Positions 1 to 12,323 of a DNA stretch of 64,000 bases are shown here, in pieces. The position numbers and the translations under genes were made by a program. The stretch is from Mobula birostris. Its lineage: Eukaryota. The DNA is taken from assembly GCF_030028105.1 (NCBI RefSeq), contig NC_092376.1, positions 179,280,080 through 179,344,079 of the forward strand. The letters are read 5' to 3'. How positions within the stretch are numbered: the stretch's first letter is position 1; each line of letters opens with the position of its first letter. Under the pieces are notes generated by a model. The model searched no databases. It saw only the letters and a list, made by a program, of their open reading frames with translations, and was not told the origin of the DNA.

Positions 1-1200
1 AAACACTGATTCATGATGGAATTAATTTGACTTTTTTGACACTGATCACCACGAAGGACTCTTTTGTGTCAAAGTGAGAACAAATTTCTACAACTTGGTC
101 TAAGTTTATTCAATTATTAAAGAAAGTAATTGGTTGCATGATTACTCACCCCTCAAAAGTCAGTATTTAATAGATGCTAGTAGATGCACCTTTGGCAGCA
201 ATTACAGCCTTGAGTCGTGTGTATAGATCTCTAGCACCTTTGCACATCTGGACACTGGAATTTTATCCTCATTCTTATTTGCAAAACCGTTCAAGCTCTC
301 TCAGATTGCAAGCTCTTTTCAAGTCCATCCACAAGTTCTCAACGGGATTCAGGTCTGGACACTGATTTGGCCGCTGCAGGTCTTTAACTTTGTTATTTTT
401 AAGCCATTCCTGTAAAGCTTTAGCTTTATGTTTGGGGTCATTGTCTTGCTGGAAAACAAATCCTCTCCCAAATCGCAGTTCTGTTGCAGACTGCATCAAG
501 TTTACCTCCACGATTCCCCTATGTTTGCTACATTCACTTTATCTTCCCAACATTTCCAAGGCCTGTTGCAGTATAGTATCCCCGCAGCATGAGGTCACCA
601 TGATTCAGGGTAGGGATGGTGTGTTTTTATGCTGTGCTGTGTTTGGCATAGCGTTTACTCTGATGGCCAAAAGGCGCAATTTTGGTTTCATCAGACCATA
701 GACCCTTCTTACAGCTAACTTCAGAGTCCCCCATATGTCTTCTTGCAAACTCTGGCCGAGATTTCATATGAGTGTTTTTTTTTTTCAATGGTTGATTTCC
801 CTTTGCCAGTGTCCCGCGAACAACGACTGGTGAAGCATTCTGGCAACATGTGTTGTGTACGCAGACTTTCTCATTTCAGCCACTGAAGCATGCAACGCTT
901 CCAGATTTGTCACAGCTCTCTTTATGGCCTCGCTCACTAGACCCCTTTCTGCACGGTCACTCAGTTTTCGAGAAAGGTCTGCTGTAAGAAGATTTACATC
1001 TGTGCCATATTCTTTTAACTGCACTTCAAGGAATATTCAGCAACGTGGAAATTTCCTGGTATCAATCTCCTGGCATACTTATTAAATAACCTTTTCGCAG
1101 AGTTACTTGAGGTGTTCTCTTGTCTTCATGGTGTAGTTTTTGCCAGGATACTGACTCACCAGCCACCAGCCAGTTGGACCTTCCAGATACAGGTTGATTT
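1..1200 (-). mobile_element. Degenerate Tc1/mariner DNA transposon (transposase relic)
   Basis: Minus ORF 275-511 has FQQDNDPKH...PDLNPVENLW (Tc1 DD34E C-terminal motifs). Minus ORF 785-1024 resembles the N-terminal HTH region (RKLSDRAER.LV). Broken by frameshifts; boundaries approximate. Confidence 0.9.
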
Positions 1201-2950
1201 CTGTAGGTTTGCAAGAGTTTCCTGATCTGTTATCTTCCTGCAAATTTTTGCTTTGTTGTATGTCCTCTCTTTTGGTTTTATTTTAGGTTTGACTTACCTT
1301 GTTAACCACGGCTGAACTATTTTACCTTTTGAGTGTTTCTTTGTTTTGGGAAACATCTGCCATGCACCTACCTCATTTCCCCGCCAGAAACTCAAGCCAT
1401 CCCTGCCAACATTTCATTCCAATTTACTTTGGCTAAACCCTTTCTGAAGCCATTATATTTCCTGTACTCCACTGAAATACTGCTTGGTCAGACTTGACTC
1501 TCTCCCTATCAGATTTCAAGTTGAACTCAATCATATTGTGGTGACTGTCTCCGAATAGTTCCTTCATCTTACGCTCCCTAATCGCCTCTGGTTCCCTACA
1601 TAACACCCAAAGAAATATAGCTGATGCCGAAGTAGGATCAACGACAAATCGCTCTGAAAGCCATCTCGTAGGCATTCATCAAATTCACTCTCTTGGGATC
1701 CATTACCAACCTGATTTTCCCAATCTATCTACATGTTAAAATCTCCCATGACTATTGTAACATTGCCCTTTTGACACACCTTTTCTATTTCCCGTTGTTA
1801 TCTGTCACCCACATTTCAGCTGTCGTTTGCAGGCCTGCACGGCCGTTTTACCATTGCAGTTTCTTAACTCAGTCCACAAGGATTCACTATCTTCCCATAC
1901 GATGTCACATCTTTCTAATGATTTAATGTCATTCTTTAGTAGCAGAGACACGCACCCCTCAGCCTACCTTCCTTTCCCTCGAGTACAATGTGTAACCTTG
2001 GACGTTCAACTCATAACGACAACCATCCTTCCGTAACGATCCAGTGATGGCCATAACATCATACCCAACCATCTGTAAGCATTGTTATAAGACCATAAGA
2101 CAAAGGAGCAGAAGTCGGCCATTTGGCCCATCGAGTCTGCTCCGCCATTTTATCATGAGCTGATCCATTCTCCCATTTAGTCCCACTTCCCCGCCTTCTC
2201 ACCATTTCCTTTGATGTCCTGGCTACTCAGATACCTATCAATCTCTGCCTTAAATACACCCAATGACTTGACCTCCACTGCCGCCTGTGTATGTCTTATA
2301 CTCCGTGCATTGCGATATTATACTTACAGTACAGTCTGTGCTACCTACCCTATTTGATTCAGCATCCTTAATGCACTGATATTCACCCTGCTTGCGTCTA
2401 TTTTGCTCTGTCATCTGCCTGTCCTTCCTGACAGTCTGTCTACACTCTATCATTGTTCCTTTATCATCCGTACTCTCCCGAGTCCCTTCTCTCCGGATCC
2501 CATCCCCCCTGCCAAATTAATTTAAACCCTCCTCAACAGCTCTAACAATTCTGCTCGCGAGTGTATTGGTCCCGCTCCTGTTCAGGTGCAAACTGTTTCT
2601 TTTGTACAGATCATGCTACCCCCAGAACAGATGCCAAAGATGCAAGAACCCGAAACCCTGCCCCTGCACCATCTTCTCAGCCATATATTTTTCCGCCAAA
2701 TCACCATGTTCCTACCTTCTGTGGCGCGTGGCACAGTTAGCAATCCAGAAATTTCTACCCTGGAGGTCCTGCTTTTTAGCATTCTACTCGGCATTTCTCT
2801 TCAGGACTTCATTCAGTTTCCTTCCTATGCCATTGGTACCAATGTATACAAAGACATCTGGCTGCTCTTCCTCTCTCTCCAAAATGCTCTGAATACGATC
2901 AGAGACATCTCTGACCCTGTCACCTGGCAGGCAACATACTATTCGGGTAC
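1200..2950 (-). mobile_element. Patchwork of degenerate CR1 LINE fragments (endonuclease, 3' end, ORF1 esterase)
   Basis: Minus ORF 1433-1675 has GDSHHNMIEF (APE C-terminus). A CR1-type 3' end lies at ~2090-2290. Minus ORFs 2582-2794 and 2784-3050 (VCCLPGDRVRDV, VFVYIGTNGIG, LKSRTSRVEISGLL) match the ORF1 esterase of the CR1 at 34923-35624. Confidence 0.8.
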
Positions 2951-3309
2951 CAACACCATTGACACAAGTGCAGCCAGAAGCAGGGTGGATTAATGAATGA
3001 AGCACATTTGCAGTGCGAAAGAAGTAGTACAAATGAAGAACAGTATACATTTCACCACCGATACATATTTTAAGTTCGCTTCGTCATTGAGCTTCCTGTT
3101 TATATTCTTCCCGCATTTCTGCTTTTTTGTTCAATTGCTGTTAAAAGAAAATAGGACCTGAAAAATAAACTGTATATATTAAAACTAAGGTTTACGACTT
3201 GGGTATATGGCCCTGTTGACAATTTTCAACATTTTTGATATCTCTTGCACTTCATGTTTGCTTTTGCTCACATTGTTAGAAAGCGCATCTATGTTGCATC
3301 ATAAGATTA

Positions 3310-4125
3310 GTGCGGAGGGAGCCAGGAGGGACAACTCCCTCCTGACACGTATCCTTGCAAGCGGAACAAGTGCATCACCTGCCCCATACAAGTCCTCGCT
3401 TAATACCATTCAGGGTCCCTAACAGTCCTTCCAGGTGAGGTGACACTTTACTTGTGTCTGTTGGGGTCATCTACTGTGTTTGGTGCTCACGGTGTGGCAT
3501 ATTGGATATTGCTGAGACCCGACGTAGATTGCGAGACCGCTGCGCCGAGCATCTACGCTTTGTCCGCCAGAGCAAGCGGGATTACCCAGTGGCCCCCCGT
3601 TTTAATTCCACTTCCCATTCCCATTCCGATATGTCCATCCATGGTCTCCTCCACTGCCGGGATAAGGCCACACTTAGGTTGGAGGATCAACAGCTTATAT
3701 TCAGTTTGGGTAGCCTCCAACTTGATGGCATGAACATCGATTTCTCAAACTTTAAGTGATACCTCCACCAACTCCCCCCCCCCCACCCCGCCTTCACCAT
3801 TTCCCCTTGTTATTCTCTCATGTTATCTGCTTTCCTGCCCATAACCTCCTTCTGGTGCTCCCCCCTCCCCCCCCCCCACCACTCACCATCACCTTTCTTC
3901 TTTCTTCCACGGCCTTCTGTCTCTTTCATCAATCAACTTCCTAACCCTTTGCTTCATCCATTCCCCCTGCAAGTTTCACCTGTCGCCTTCCCCAACCTTT
4001 CAAATCTACACTTCAGCTTTTTTTTTCCCCCTCTGGTCCTGCCGAAGGGTTTCGGTCAGAAACGTTGACTGTGTTTTTTTTCCCCCTATATGCTGCTTGG
4101 CCAGCTGAGTTCCTCCAACGTTTTA
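3310..4125 (+). mobile_element. 5'-truncated Penelope-like element (GIY-YIG endonuclease, pyrimidine-rich 3' UTR, hammerhead-bearing terminus)
   Basis: ORF 3454-3759 (VIYCVWCSRC...ETRRRLRDRCAEH...PVA..FN...GMNIDF) is a PLE-type GIY-YIG domain. It is followed by a C/T-rich tract and a hammerhead-like motif at 4034-4071. Confidence 0.85.
4034..4071 (+). ncRNA. Degenerate minimal type-I hammerhead ribozyme motif (PLE terminus)
   Basis: TGGTC-CTGCCGA-A-GGGTTTCGGTCA-GAAAC-GTT-GACTG versus window consensus CAGTC-CTGATGA-A-GGGTCTCGGCCC-GAAAC-GTC-GACTG. The core is mutated in this copy. Confidence 0.6.
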
Positions 4126-5612
4126 TAATCTATATTTTAACCACCATTCAAGGAGCAAACCAAACTTTTCACTTGATGTGAGGATCTGTCCAGGTCATCT
4201 ACTGCACCCGATGCTCCCTGTGCGTCCTGCACAGCAGCAGTGAGACCCGAAGAAGGTTAAAGTAGCGCTTCGATTCCTCCGCCGCAAAAGGCGGAAGTTC
4301 CGCACATCTTCAGAATCTCAGTGTTTATGATAATCTATATGCTCCTTTTCGTATTTTCGATCTCCTTTTCTTGGAAAGTTGAAATTCAGTGTGATGAGTT
4401 AGCTTCAATTCAATTACAGAGAATGGGCCGTTAAAGAAAGTGACACTTTAATGGCCCAGACCCTACCAGCTTCCGAAGGGAAAAACAGTCATATTTCTCT
4501 TTGAGTAAAAAGTGTACCTATTGCAGCTACCTAAGGTGAAGTTTGCCCGGGCTGGGCTGTTAGTTAAGTACAGCACGGACTGTCACAAGGACAGGAATGA
4601 CCCGGATTTTCCTGGAAAAGCCATCTGTCCATCGAGCACATCTACACGAAACGTCGTCACAGAACAGCCTCATCCAACATCGGGGACCCCCATCACATAG
4701 AATATGCTTTCTTCTTGCGGCTAGCATCAGGAAGAAGATACAGGAGGGAATATTAAGATCAAGATTAAATATTTTTTGCTGGCCGAAGATATAGTGAAAT
4801 ATCCAGTTGGAACGGAAATGCGATTTAGGAAACCCAATTAAATGGAAGTGGATACTTAATAGATGATAATCAGGGCATTCCATCGTCCTTCAATGCACCG
4901 TTTTATTTTGCTCCTTCTGTCCCATTATCTTGGATTTTACCAACCGGTTGTTAGTGCTGCAGATAAATTAATGTGGCATATCATATGGTGATCTCAAATT
5001 GTTGTTCCTTCAACATATTTGCACTAATGTTATTATCTCCTAAACCAGCGTCTTGCCATTACTTAAACGTCAAATTGAACTGGACCAAGCATGACTAAAC
5101 ACTAGACTGTTTATTTTTATATCAGTTTAAGACACAACTTTAAAATATATTATCAGTCTTTCAACGTATTGCGCTATTGGCGAGAACAAAGCCAACATAT
5201 AAAAAAACTAATTAAGTATATAAATTTAATGTCCTAATTGAAGACGTTTTGCGTGATGCTTAATACATGGGCATGTTTTTCAGTGTTGTTATAGGGAATT
5301 AGAAATAATATGTCTTCTATGTGCTCTTTAAATATATATTCTACACAAACTTATATTGAAAGTATTAATATATTTAGAAATCGCTGCTGATATTCAGCTT
5401 AACGATTTTATGGAATAGCTGGTTGTATGAGCAGTGTATATTTTACACTCTGTTGCCCAAAATCGTTAGTCATAATTAGAAAAAGAAAGGTTTTGCAACT
5501 TTTCAGTATGTAAAGTTGACAAGTATCCAGGAACTAAAGGAACTTAAATTCATTTACTATTCTCTAATTTGATTAATATTTTCATGGAAGTCAATATTTA
5601 TTGTGATATCGT

Positions 5613-5685
5613 TGTAGTTATAGGCTGAGACACTTTGTGTCGCTGTCTACCAATAAGGTGATGAGAACCACCATCCATCCTCCCT
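5613..5685 (+). promoter_or_regulatory. CSE (CGCT-box, putative CTCF site) and CCAAT of the pseudogene promoter
   Basis: 5623-5658 GGCTGAGACACTTTGTGTCGCTGTCTACCAATAAGG is 35/36 identical to the block upstream of all five intact exons. CGCT at 5641-5644. Confidence 0.85.
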
Positions 5686-6134
5686 CGCCAGGACTAGGCA
5701 CAAGTGCATTGCTGGCCCTTAACGGGGATGTAAATGACAATTCTCCCAAATTTCAGGTTAGTGAAATACGTTTGGAAATTGCTGAACTCGTGATGACCGG
5801 GACGCGTTTTAGGTTACCTGATGCGCACGATCCTGACGTAGGTATAAATTCCATTCGCAGCTACCAGCGGACTCCGAACGACCATTTTGTCTCAGATGTA
5901 CAGATCCGCGTTGAAGCTAAAATCCCAGAGTAGACGTTAGCGAAAGCAATCGATCGGGAGAAACAATCGCTGCATCGGTTGTTATTGACAGCCCTGTACG
6001 GTGGCTATCGACAAAGGACGGGCACCACCAACTCCAAGATAGTGCATGAGGATGCGACATTTGGAACATTGTTGGCGTTAATCTGTGTAAGAGACAAGGA
6101 TTCCCACGAAAACAGGCACGTTTATTGTCACATA

Positions 6135-6293
6135 GAAACAGAAACATAGAAAACCTAGAGCACAATACAGGCCCTTGGGCCCACAAAGTTGTACCGGACA
6201 TGTTCCTACCTTAGAAATTACTAGAGTTACCCGTAGCCCTGTATTTTAGTAAACTCCCTGTACCTATTCAAAAGTCTCTTAAAAGACCCTATC
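6135..6293 (-). mobile_element. Short CR1 3'-end insertion inside pseudogene EC4
   Basis: GAAACAGAAACATAGAAAACCTAGAGCACAATACAGGCCC... is the reverse complement of the CR1 3' end type at ~40290-40440. It interrupts YCHI|SPTLPF. Confidence 0.8.
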
Positions 6294-7227
6294 ACCAACT
6301 CTTCCATTTGCTCTAAAATCATCCTTTAAAATTTCATATAAGTTGGTGACAAATAATAGATTGGACCGAGAGCAGATTTCTGAATATAATATCTTGGTTA
6401 ATTGCAAAGACCGCGGATATCCTCCACTAACCAGCAACAAAACTTTCATTATCCATACTGCAGATATTAACGATAACGCACCGAGCTTCCTAATGTCTTC
6501 ATACACCGTCCTTGTAATGGAAAATAATGCGCCCAGCAGTTCCATCGGTAGAATGGTTGCCACCGATTCTGATATAAACCTGAACTCCCAGATCTCTTAC
6601 ACTATTCTGCAGAAGACGTACAGGGAGCGCAATTATATTCCTTTGTCTCAATTGATTCTCAAAGCGGCGTGATCTATTTGCAACGGGCATTTGATTACGA
6701 GCATCTTAAGCGTTTTCAGTTCGAAATACAAGCACAAGATAATGGAGCTCCAATGTTTTCTAGCAATGTTACAGTGACTCTGATTATTCTTGATCAGAAT
6801 GACAATCCTCCTATAATAAAAAATCCTGAGTCATTGAACCGCAGCATAACAGCTATTCATCGATCTGCAAGCCCAGAATACCTAGCGACCAGGATAGTTG
6901 CATTCGATGCAGATTCTGGTCAGAATGCACGTCTTTTCTATCAGATTCTGAGCCCTGCAGATCCTAGTCTGTTTATAATCTCACATAATTCTGAAGAAGT
7001 GAGAGCTGCTCGCTATTTTCAGGACGCGGACGCCATCATGCAAAAGATAATTATATGTGTGAGAGACAGTGACCATCCAATGCTTTCAGCTACGGCTAGT
7101 TTTACTCCATCATTTGGTCAACAAAGCGCAGGAATACGCTTAGACTTTGAGCAGCCACACAAGATTTTACAGTATCATTACGATATACTGTTTAATATCG
7201 TCATTTCTTTAGGAGTGCTGTCACTCT

Positions 7228-8053
7228 TGTTACGTGACGACGGCTTCGTTTACTGTAGGTGTCACTTTAAAACGCCTTGATGAGGCGGGACTATGACGTC
7301 AGTATAACGAGCTGCGACAGACCGCGGGAACNNNNNNNNNNNNNNNNNNNNNNNNNNNNNNNNNNNNNNNNNNNNNNNNNNNNNNNNNNNNNNNNNNNNN
7401 NNNNNNNNNNNNNNNNNNNNNNNNNNNNNNNNNNNNNNNNNNNNNNNNNNNNNNNNNNNNNNNNTGCTGCTAATAGCTTGCTGCAGCAATGAGTGAATTC
7501 TGATACTTTCCCATGCCCTGGAAATGGGTGATCAACAGCACCCAGTGCACATTGGATGTGACACTATCGCTTCCTATGATCCTTAAGTGGATTTTGTTGG
7601 AGTACCCTGTGGCGACCACTTTGTTAACCCTTACATGGTTTTGGGTATGTTATGTGGTAACCACTTGTGCTAAGGAATACTCTGTGACTGGCACCTTGTG
7701 ATATTTCTACATGGATTTCGGGTCGACTCGACGGATAACATCTTCGGCGACTGTCACTTCGTTTTCCCAGCGTGGAACCTGTGGAATTCTTCGTAATCGC
7801 CTCCTCTCTACATTTTAATGTGGATTTACAAGTTTCTCCCCTCACTTATTCCGTGGATTACTGGACCTTTCTAGTTTGCCATCTTAAGACTTTAGGAACT
7901 GTTCCTAAGCTTGACACTTTGGGAGCCCCACACAAACTGTTAACTTCTGTTTATTTCGTTTAATTTTCTATATTTTGAGTAGATACTAATAAATATAGTG
8001 TTTTAACATTAAACTCTGACTCAAGTTGTGATCTATTGTTGTGGTACGTGACA
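7228..8053. mobile_element. Solo LTR (or LTR element collapsed at the gap) in the pseudogene TM segment
   Basis: Termini TGTTACGT...ACGTGACA (TG..CA, 7/8 inverted match), CTCT target-site duplication at 7224-7227 and 8054-8057, AATAAA at ~7988. Removing it restores a continuous TM helix. Confidence 0.8.
7332..7464. other. Assembly gap (133 N)
   Basis: Run of N. Confidence 1.
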
Positions 8054-9926
8054 CTCTTACTTCTGATCTTTATAATTGCCCTTTCCGTCGCAATTTGGCC
8101 AACTAATAGAAGACCAGCTTATGCCAGAAACAGATTTTGGGCGAAGTGCTGTTGCGTCGCTGACTCGGAACATGAACACCAAATCTGAAATCCGGACGTT
8201 AACATCCAACCCAAAAATGACTGGGAATGTACTGGTGGTCGGAAGAGCTGTTTCCCTTGACACGTATCATTTTTTTTTCATTCAACACCTGATTTATTCT
8301 GCTGAATAGTTCAAACCGATATTGTTTTTTTTTCGTAATTTTCCCCGCAACGTCGTTATCAAAAGGGGGGAAAATATTTATTTTCGTTGTTAATTGCCCT
8401 TGACAGTTCTCATAATGCATATCACACAATAGATGAAACTCATGTACACAAGGTATTCTTATTGCTGTGGACAGCGATTTTGACCGAGCAACGGCAAATG
8501 AACCATGAGATAGGTGCTTATCAGAATAATTAGGAAATTAGTGGGAATCGTGTTGGTCGTGGAATTTCCATGACCTCTGTGCACTTGACCTAATGGCAGG
8601 AATGGTAACAGGCGATGGAAAGCCGACAAACGTTTGCTAAGGATGGTATTCAGTGCAGTACAGATTGAATATCTGATGAATTGGAGAGTTTTAAAGCGAT
8701 GCATTTTGGGTGTCGGTGTAGAGTTTGAATTTACCTCAGACTTCATGGATATTATGAGATGTGCTCTCATCTGGTAAGTGGGGGGTGGGGGAGTGGGGGG
8801 GGGTGGTTCCTCCTACTTCAGCACTTGATTCAAATCTGTTCGTAATAACCAAACGTGATGTGCCCCAAGCTTATAATTCACTGCTTTTCACAACAAAACA
8901 TTAAAAATACATTAAAGCGTGGGTAAATAAAAATAAAATAACATTAACTCCTTGACTGTGGCAGATAGAGATTATAAGGAACATGAAAAAAATATAACCA
9001 CTTAATACTGAATAGCATTACAACTTCTGAGCCACCACCAACATCACACTGGGTGGGAGCAGTGGTTGCAATAGTGGTGAGAAGGGAGCGGAGGCTGGAT
9101 CGCCACTAACTAGAAAGTAGTAAATCGTTCAATTTCTAATTGGTTTATTCTTGTCACATGAACAGCGGTGTAGGGAAAAGCTTTGTTTTGCATGTATTCA
9201 TCATATCCGTACATCGCAGAATATAATATCGTAGTTACAGATAAAATCTAGCTCAGACAGACAATAAAGCTAAGCTTACGACTTGATAGATTGTGAGGCC
9301 AAGAGTTAAACGTACCAGTGGACGGTTCAATGGTCTTATAACAGCGGTATGAAGCTGACCCTGAGCGTACTTTTAGGAGCGTTCAAACTATTGTCGTTGG
9401 GAGAGGGCATAATCAAAAATGTTTGAGGGAGGAGGGTTCTTTGATTATGTTGACCGATTTACTAAGGTAGAGTGAAGCCTTCTGGTTTATTAGTTTATTA
9501 TTGTCGCATGTATGCATACTGTCTATACCCATCAAAATTGTTGCACATGTTTTGAGGTAGAACAAGTTAAAACAATAGCAATAGTCCTTAATTTTCCGTG
9601 GTTATGCTTCCCTCGACACCAGTAACAATAACTTCGTAATATTCTGATCAACAACTTCGCATTGAATGTTGTCGTCTTTTCTACCTCAACTGATTTTGTC
9701 TGCTTTTATCATTTCAACAAAGTATCTTGAGTTTCATACATTTCTTCACTAAAGTTGGACAGCTCTGTGTACTGGTTAAGTTGTAGTACAGAACCGACTA
9801 TATTGCGTTGCCTTTGAACAAAAAAAAGCAGCAGTAAATGGACCAATTTTTCAGTTTTTACAGGATTCGGTCGTCACTACCAAGACTGAGATTAATTGAT
9901 GCTACTCTATTGTCGAATGAAAAACT

Positions 9927-10160
9927 CATAGAATCATAGAATCATAGAAACCTACAGGACATTACAGGCCATTCAGCACAAAATGTTCTGCCGAGCATGC
10001 AACATACTCTAGAAACTGCTTAGAATTGCCCTACTGCATAGCCATCTATTTTTCTAAGCTCCATGTACCTATCTAAAAGTGTCTCAGAATACCCTATTGT
10101 ATCCGCCTTTACCACTTTCACTGACAGTGCGTTTCACATACCGACCGCTCTCTGTGAAAA
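9927..10160 (-). mobile_element. CR1 3'-end fragment
   Basis: (CATAGAAT)n-like tail followed by sequence similar to the insert at 6135 and the reverse complement of ~40200-40440. Confidence 0.7.
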
Positions 10161-10417
10161 AATATAGTGTTATTATGTAATCATTTGATTTTAACTATGG
10201 GTAAATTTAATATATATTCAAATTAATGTCAAAATTAAACATATTTTCAAAAATCAAGGTTGCGACTGCACTTGCAAAATGTGAAAATATCTACGCTTGT
10301 ACAGAATGAGCATTGAATGACGTTCCTAGAAACGTTAACAACGGTAATACTTATTGTTGATGCGAGTAAGAGACATGCAATTTCAAGATTATCAGAAGCG
10401 CAAGAGATTAAGCAGAG

Positions 10418-10860
10418 CAACGCACACAGAAGGAACTCAGACGGTCCTGCAGTATCTTTGGACCACAATAAATAGTCGAGGTTTCGGTCCGATGCCCTTC
10501 ATCACGACTGGGAAGGAAGGGGACGAAGTCAGAATTAGAAGGTGAGGAGAGTGGATGTGATGCAGGCTGGTAAGTTGTAGCTGAAACCATACGGGTGAAG
10601 GGTGGCGTGAACGGAGAAGGTCCGAGGTAATACGTGGAAGAGGTAAAGGGCTGCAGAAGAAGGAACTTAATAGGAGAGTTCAGTGGACCATGGAAGAAGA
10701 GAAGGAGGCTGGTCACCAGATGTAGGTGATGGGCAGATAAGAAGAAGAGAAGGGGAAAGAGGGGAAGGAAAACAGAGAATATGGAGGGGGAGAAATCACC
10801 GAGTTAAAGAAATCGATTTCGTGCCATCAATTTGGGGTCTACCCAGATGGAATATCATGA
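10418..10860 (-). mobile_element. 5'-truncated Penelope-like fragment with hammerhead motif (10473-10510)
   Basis: Reverse complement runs from the GIY-YIG end (ATATTCCATCTGGGTAG, compare ~3700) through a pyrimidine tract to CAGTC-GTGATGA-AGGGCATCGGACC-GAAAC-CTC-GACTA. Confidence 0.75.
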
Positions 10861-12050
10861 ACGTATTATTTTCAGCGTATTTTCAACTCATTACTGAAAG
10901 TTTACTGAAATATTTAACACCTCGCAGATTCAAAATCCATTATTAAATCGTTGAAAGGGTTTCTAATGCAATTTTTTTTCATTAAGATACTTGAGTTTTG
11001 CAAAAGCAATATAATGTGATGCAATGTAAATCTATTTATTAATGGTAAGTAAATTACGGAGAATTTTATATTTTGAATTCCATTTTGTGTATTTAAGAGG
11101 GAGAGGTGTAGCATTTATTAAAGGACTGGTAATTAATTTAGATAGATACAGGCACCGATCTCCTGCATGAATATTTTTTTATCGCTTGTAAAAGGAATAT
11201 TGCTAAAATCTTGATGTCAGCTTTCGACCCGAAACGCCGATTATTCCTTTGCTCCACTCGCTGAGTTTCCCTTGTAGATTTTGCTTCTTTCCCCTTTAAT
11301 TACTAGCGAATGATGTGACTTAAAAATGATTGTATAATTATTGTTTTGCAATTGTCTTACGCCTTAGTGAAATTAATGCAATACTGAACATGTTGCAATA
11401 GCAACACAAATTAAACTTCGGCGTAATGGAATCACGGGATGTATCTACCTTATCAATAAAATAGACAAGACATTAAGTAGTAAAATTTCTGAAATTCAAA
11501 TCCACTGAAGGACCATCAATGATATCTGAATTGTCCCAATCTGATATCAGTTAAAGACAATCTGCCAGTCTATCATCTATCGGCGATTCACGAATTTCCA
11601 GTCTCCTGTGTCTCTACAAAGTAAAACCACGGAAAATATTTAAGTTTCATGCTATTTTACGATACAAAGCAGCAAAAATAGCCATATGAATAAGGAACTC
11701 GAAGATCAAAGCAAATTTGAGATTAAACCGCACAAAACATGCAAAATATATTCAAATGCGAGTTTTACGCCAAAAAAAAAGAATACTGGCCATTTTAATT
11801 ATGAATTTATAGAATATTCTATTATTTTTTATTAGCACTGCAAAAGCTGTAAGGCATAATTTTAATTACAATTTTAAAATTGCTGCAAGTATATAGATCA
11901 GCCTGATTTTGTTTATCCATTGTTATTTAGATAAACGCTGACCAGAATAGAAAATATATTCGAGGATAACTTCTAATAATCATATTTGTAAAAATTTCAA
12001 TGGTTCATTTTAACATTTTATGGTTTGAAATAGGGTTCCACTTTATTGAT

Positions 12051-12173
12051 ATTCTCAGTGCAATTATGGGCTGAGACTCTTTGTGTCGCTGTCTACCAAT
12101 AAGGAGGTGAAGTGCAGCTGGTGATCCACCACCCATCCCCCAATGCTTGGGAAAAGATGCTGAATAATGGCGG
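12051..12173 (+). promoter_or_regulatory. cPcdh promoter 1: CSE (CGCT 12087), CCAAT, E-box, CACCC tract, YY1-like TAATGGCGG
   Basis: ~120-nt block conserved upstream of all five exons; invariant 43-mer at 12069-12111. Confidence 0.9.
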
Positions 12174-12323
12174 ACTGTGACTGAAAGCAGAAAACCATCG
12201 TTGCAGCTCATTTTAATTCTTCATCTTATTTCGTACGCTGGCTATCGTAGTTCGGACGTGGGCCAGAAAATTATCAGCTAGAACAACTTCTGAAGCTTGA
12301 AGAATCCACCCTTTGGGATTGAA

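Larger units (their letters stand above)
5726..8300 (+). pseudogene. Clustered protocadherin variable-exon pseudogene
   Basis: Starts at DVNDNSPKF, so signal peptide and EC1 are deleted. Stop at 5931. In-frame deletion joins EC2 (GGYRQRTGT) to EC4 (NSKIVHEDATFGTLLALI) at ~6030. CR1 insert at ~6135-6293, frameshift at ~6610, EC5-EC6 in ORF 6669-7280. The TM is split by an LTR (7228-8053) and resumes at 8054 as LLLLIFIIALSVAIWP...KCCC, then a stop, then NVLVVGRAVSLDTY. 3' end approximate. Confidence 0.9.

Noticed and set aside
8400-8460. Residual splice donor of the pseudogene (AAG|GTATTC at ~8452)
   Set aside because: Weak match and not at the distance seen in the intact exons; cannot be supported.
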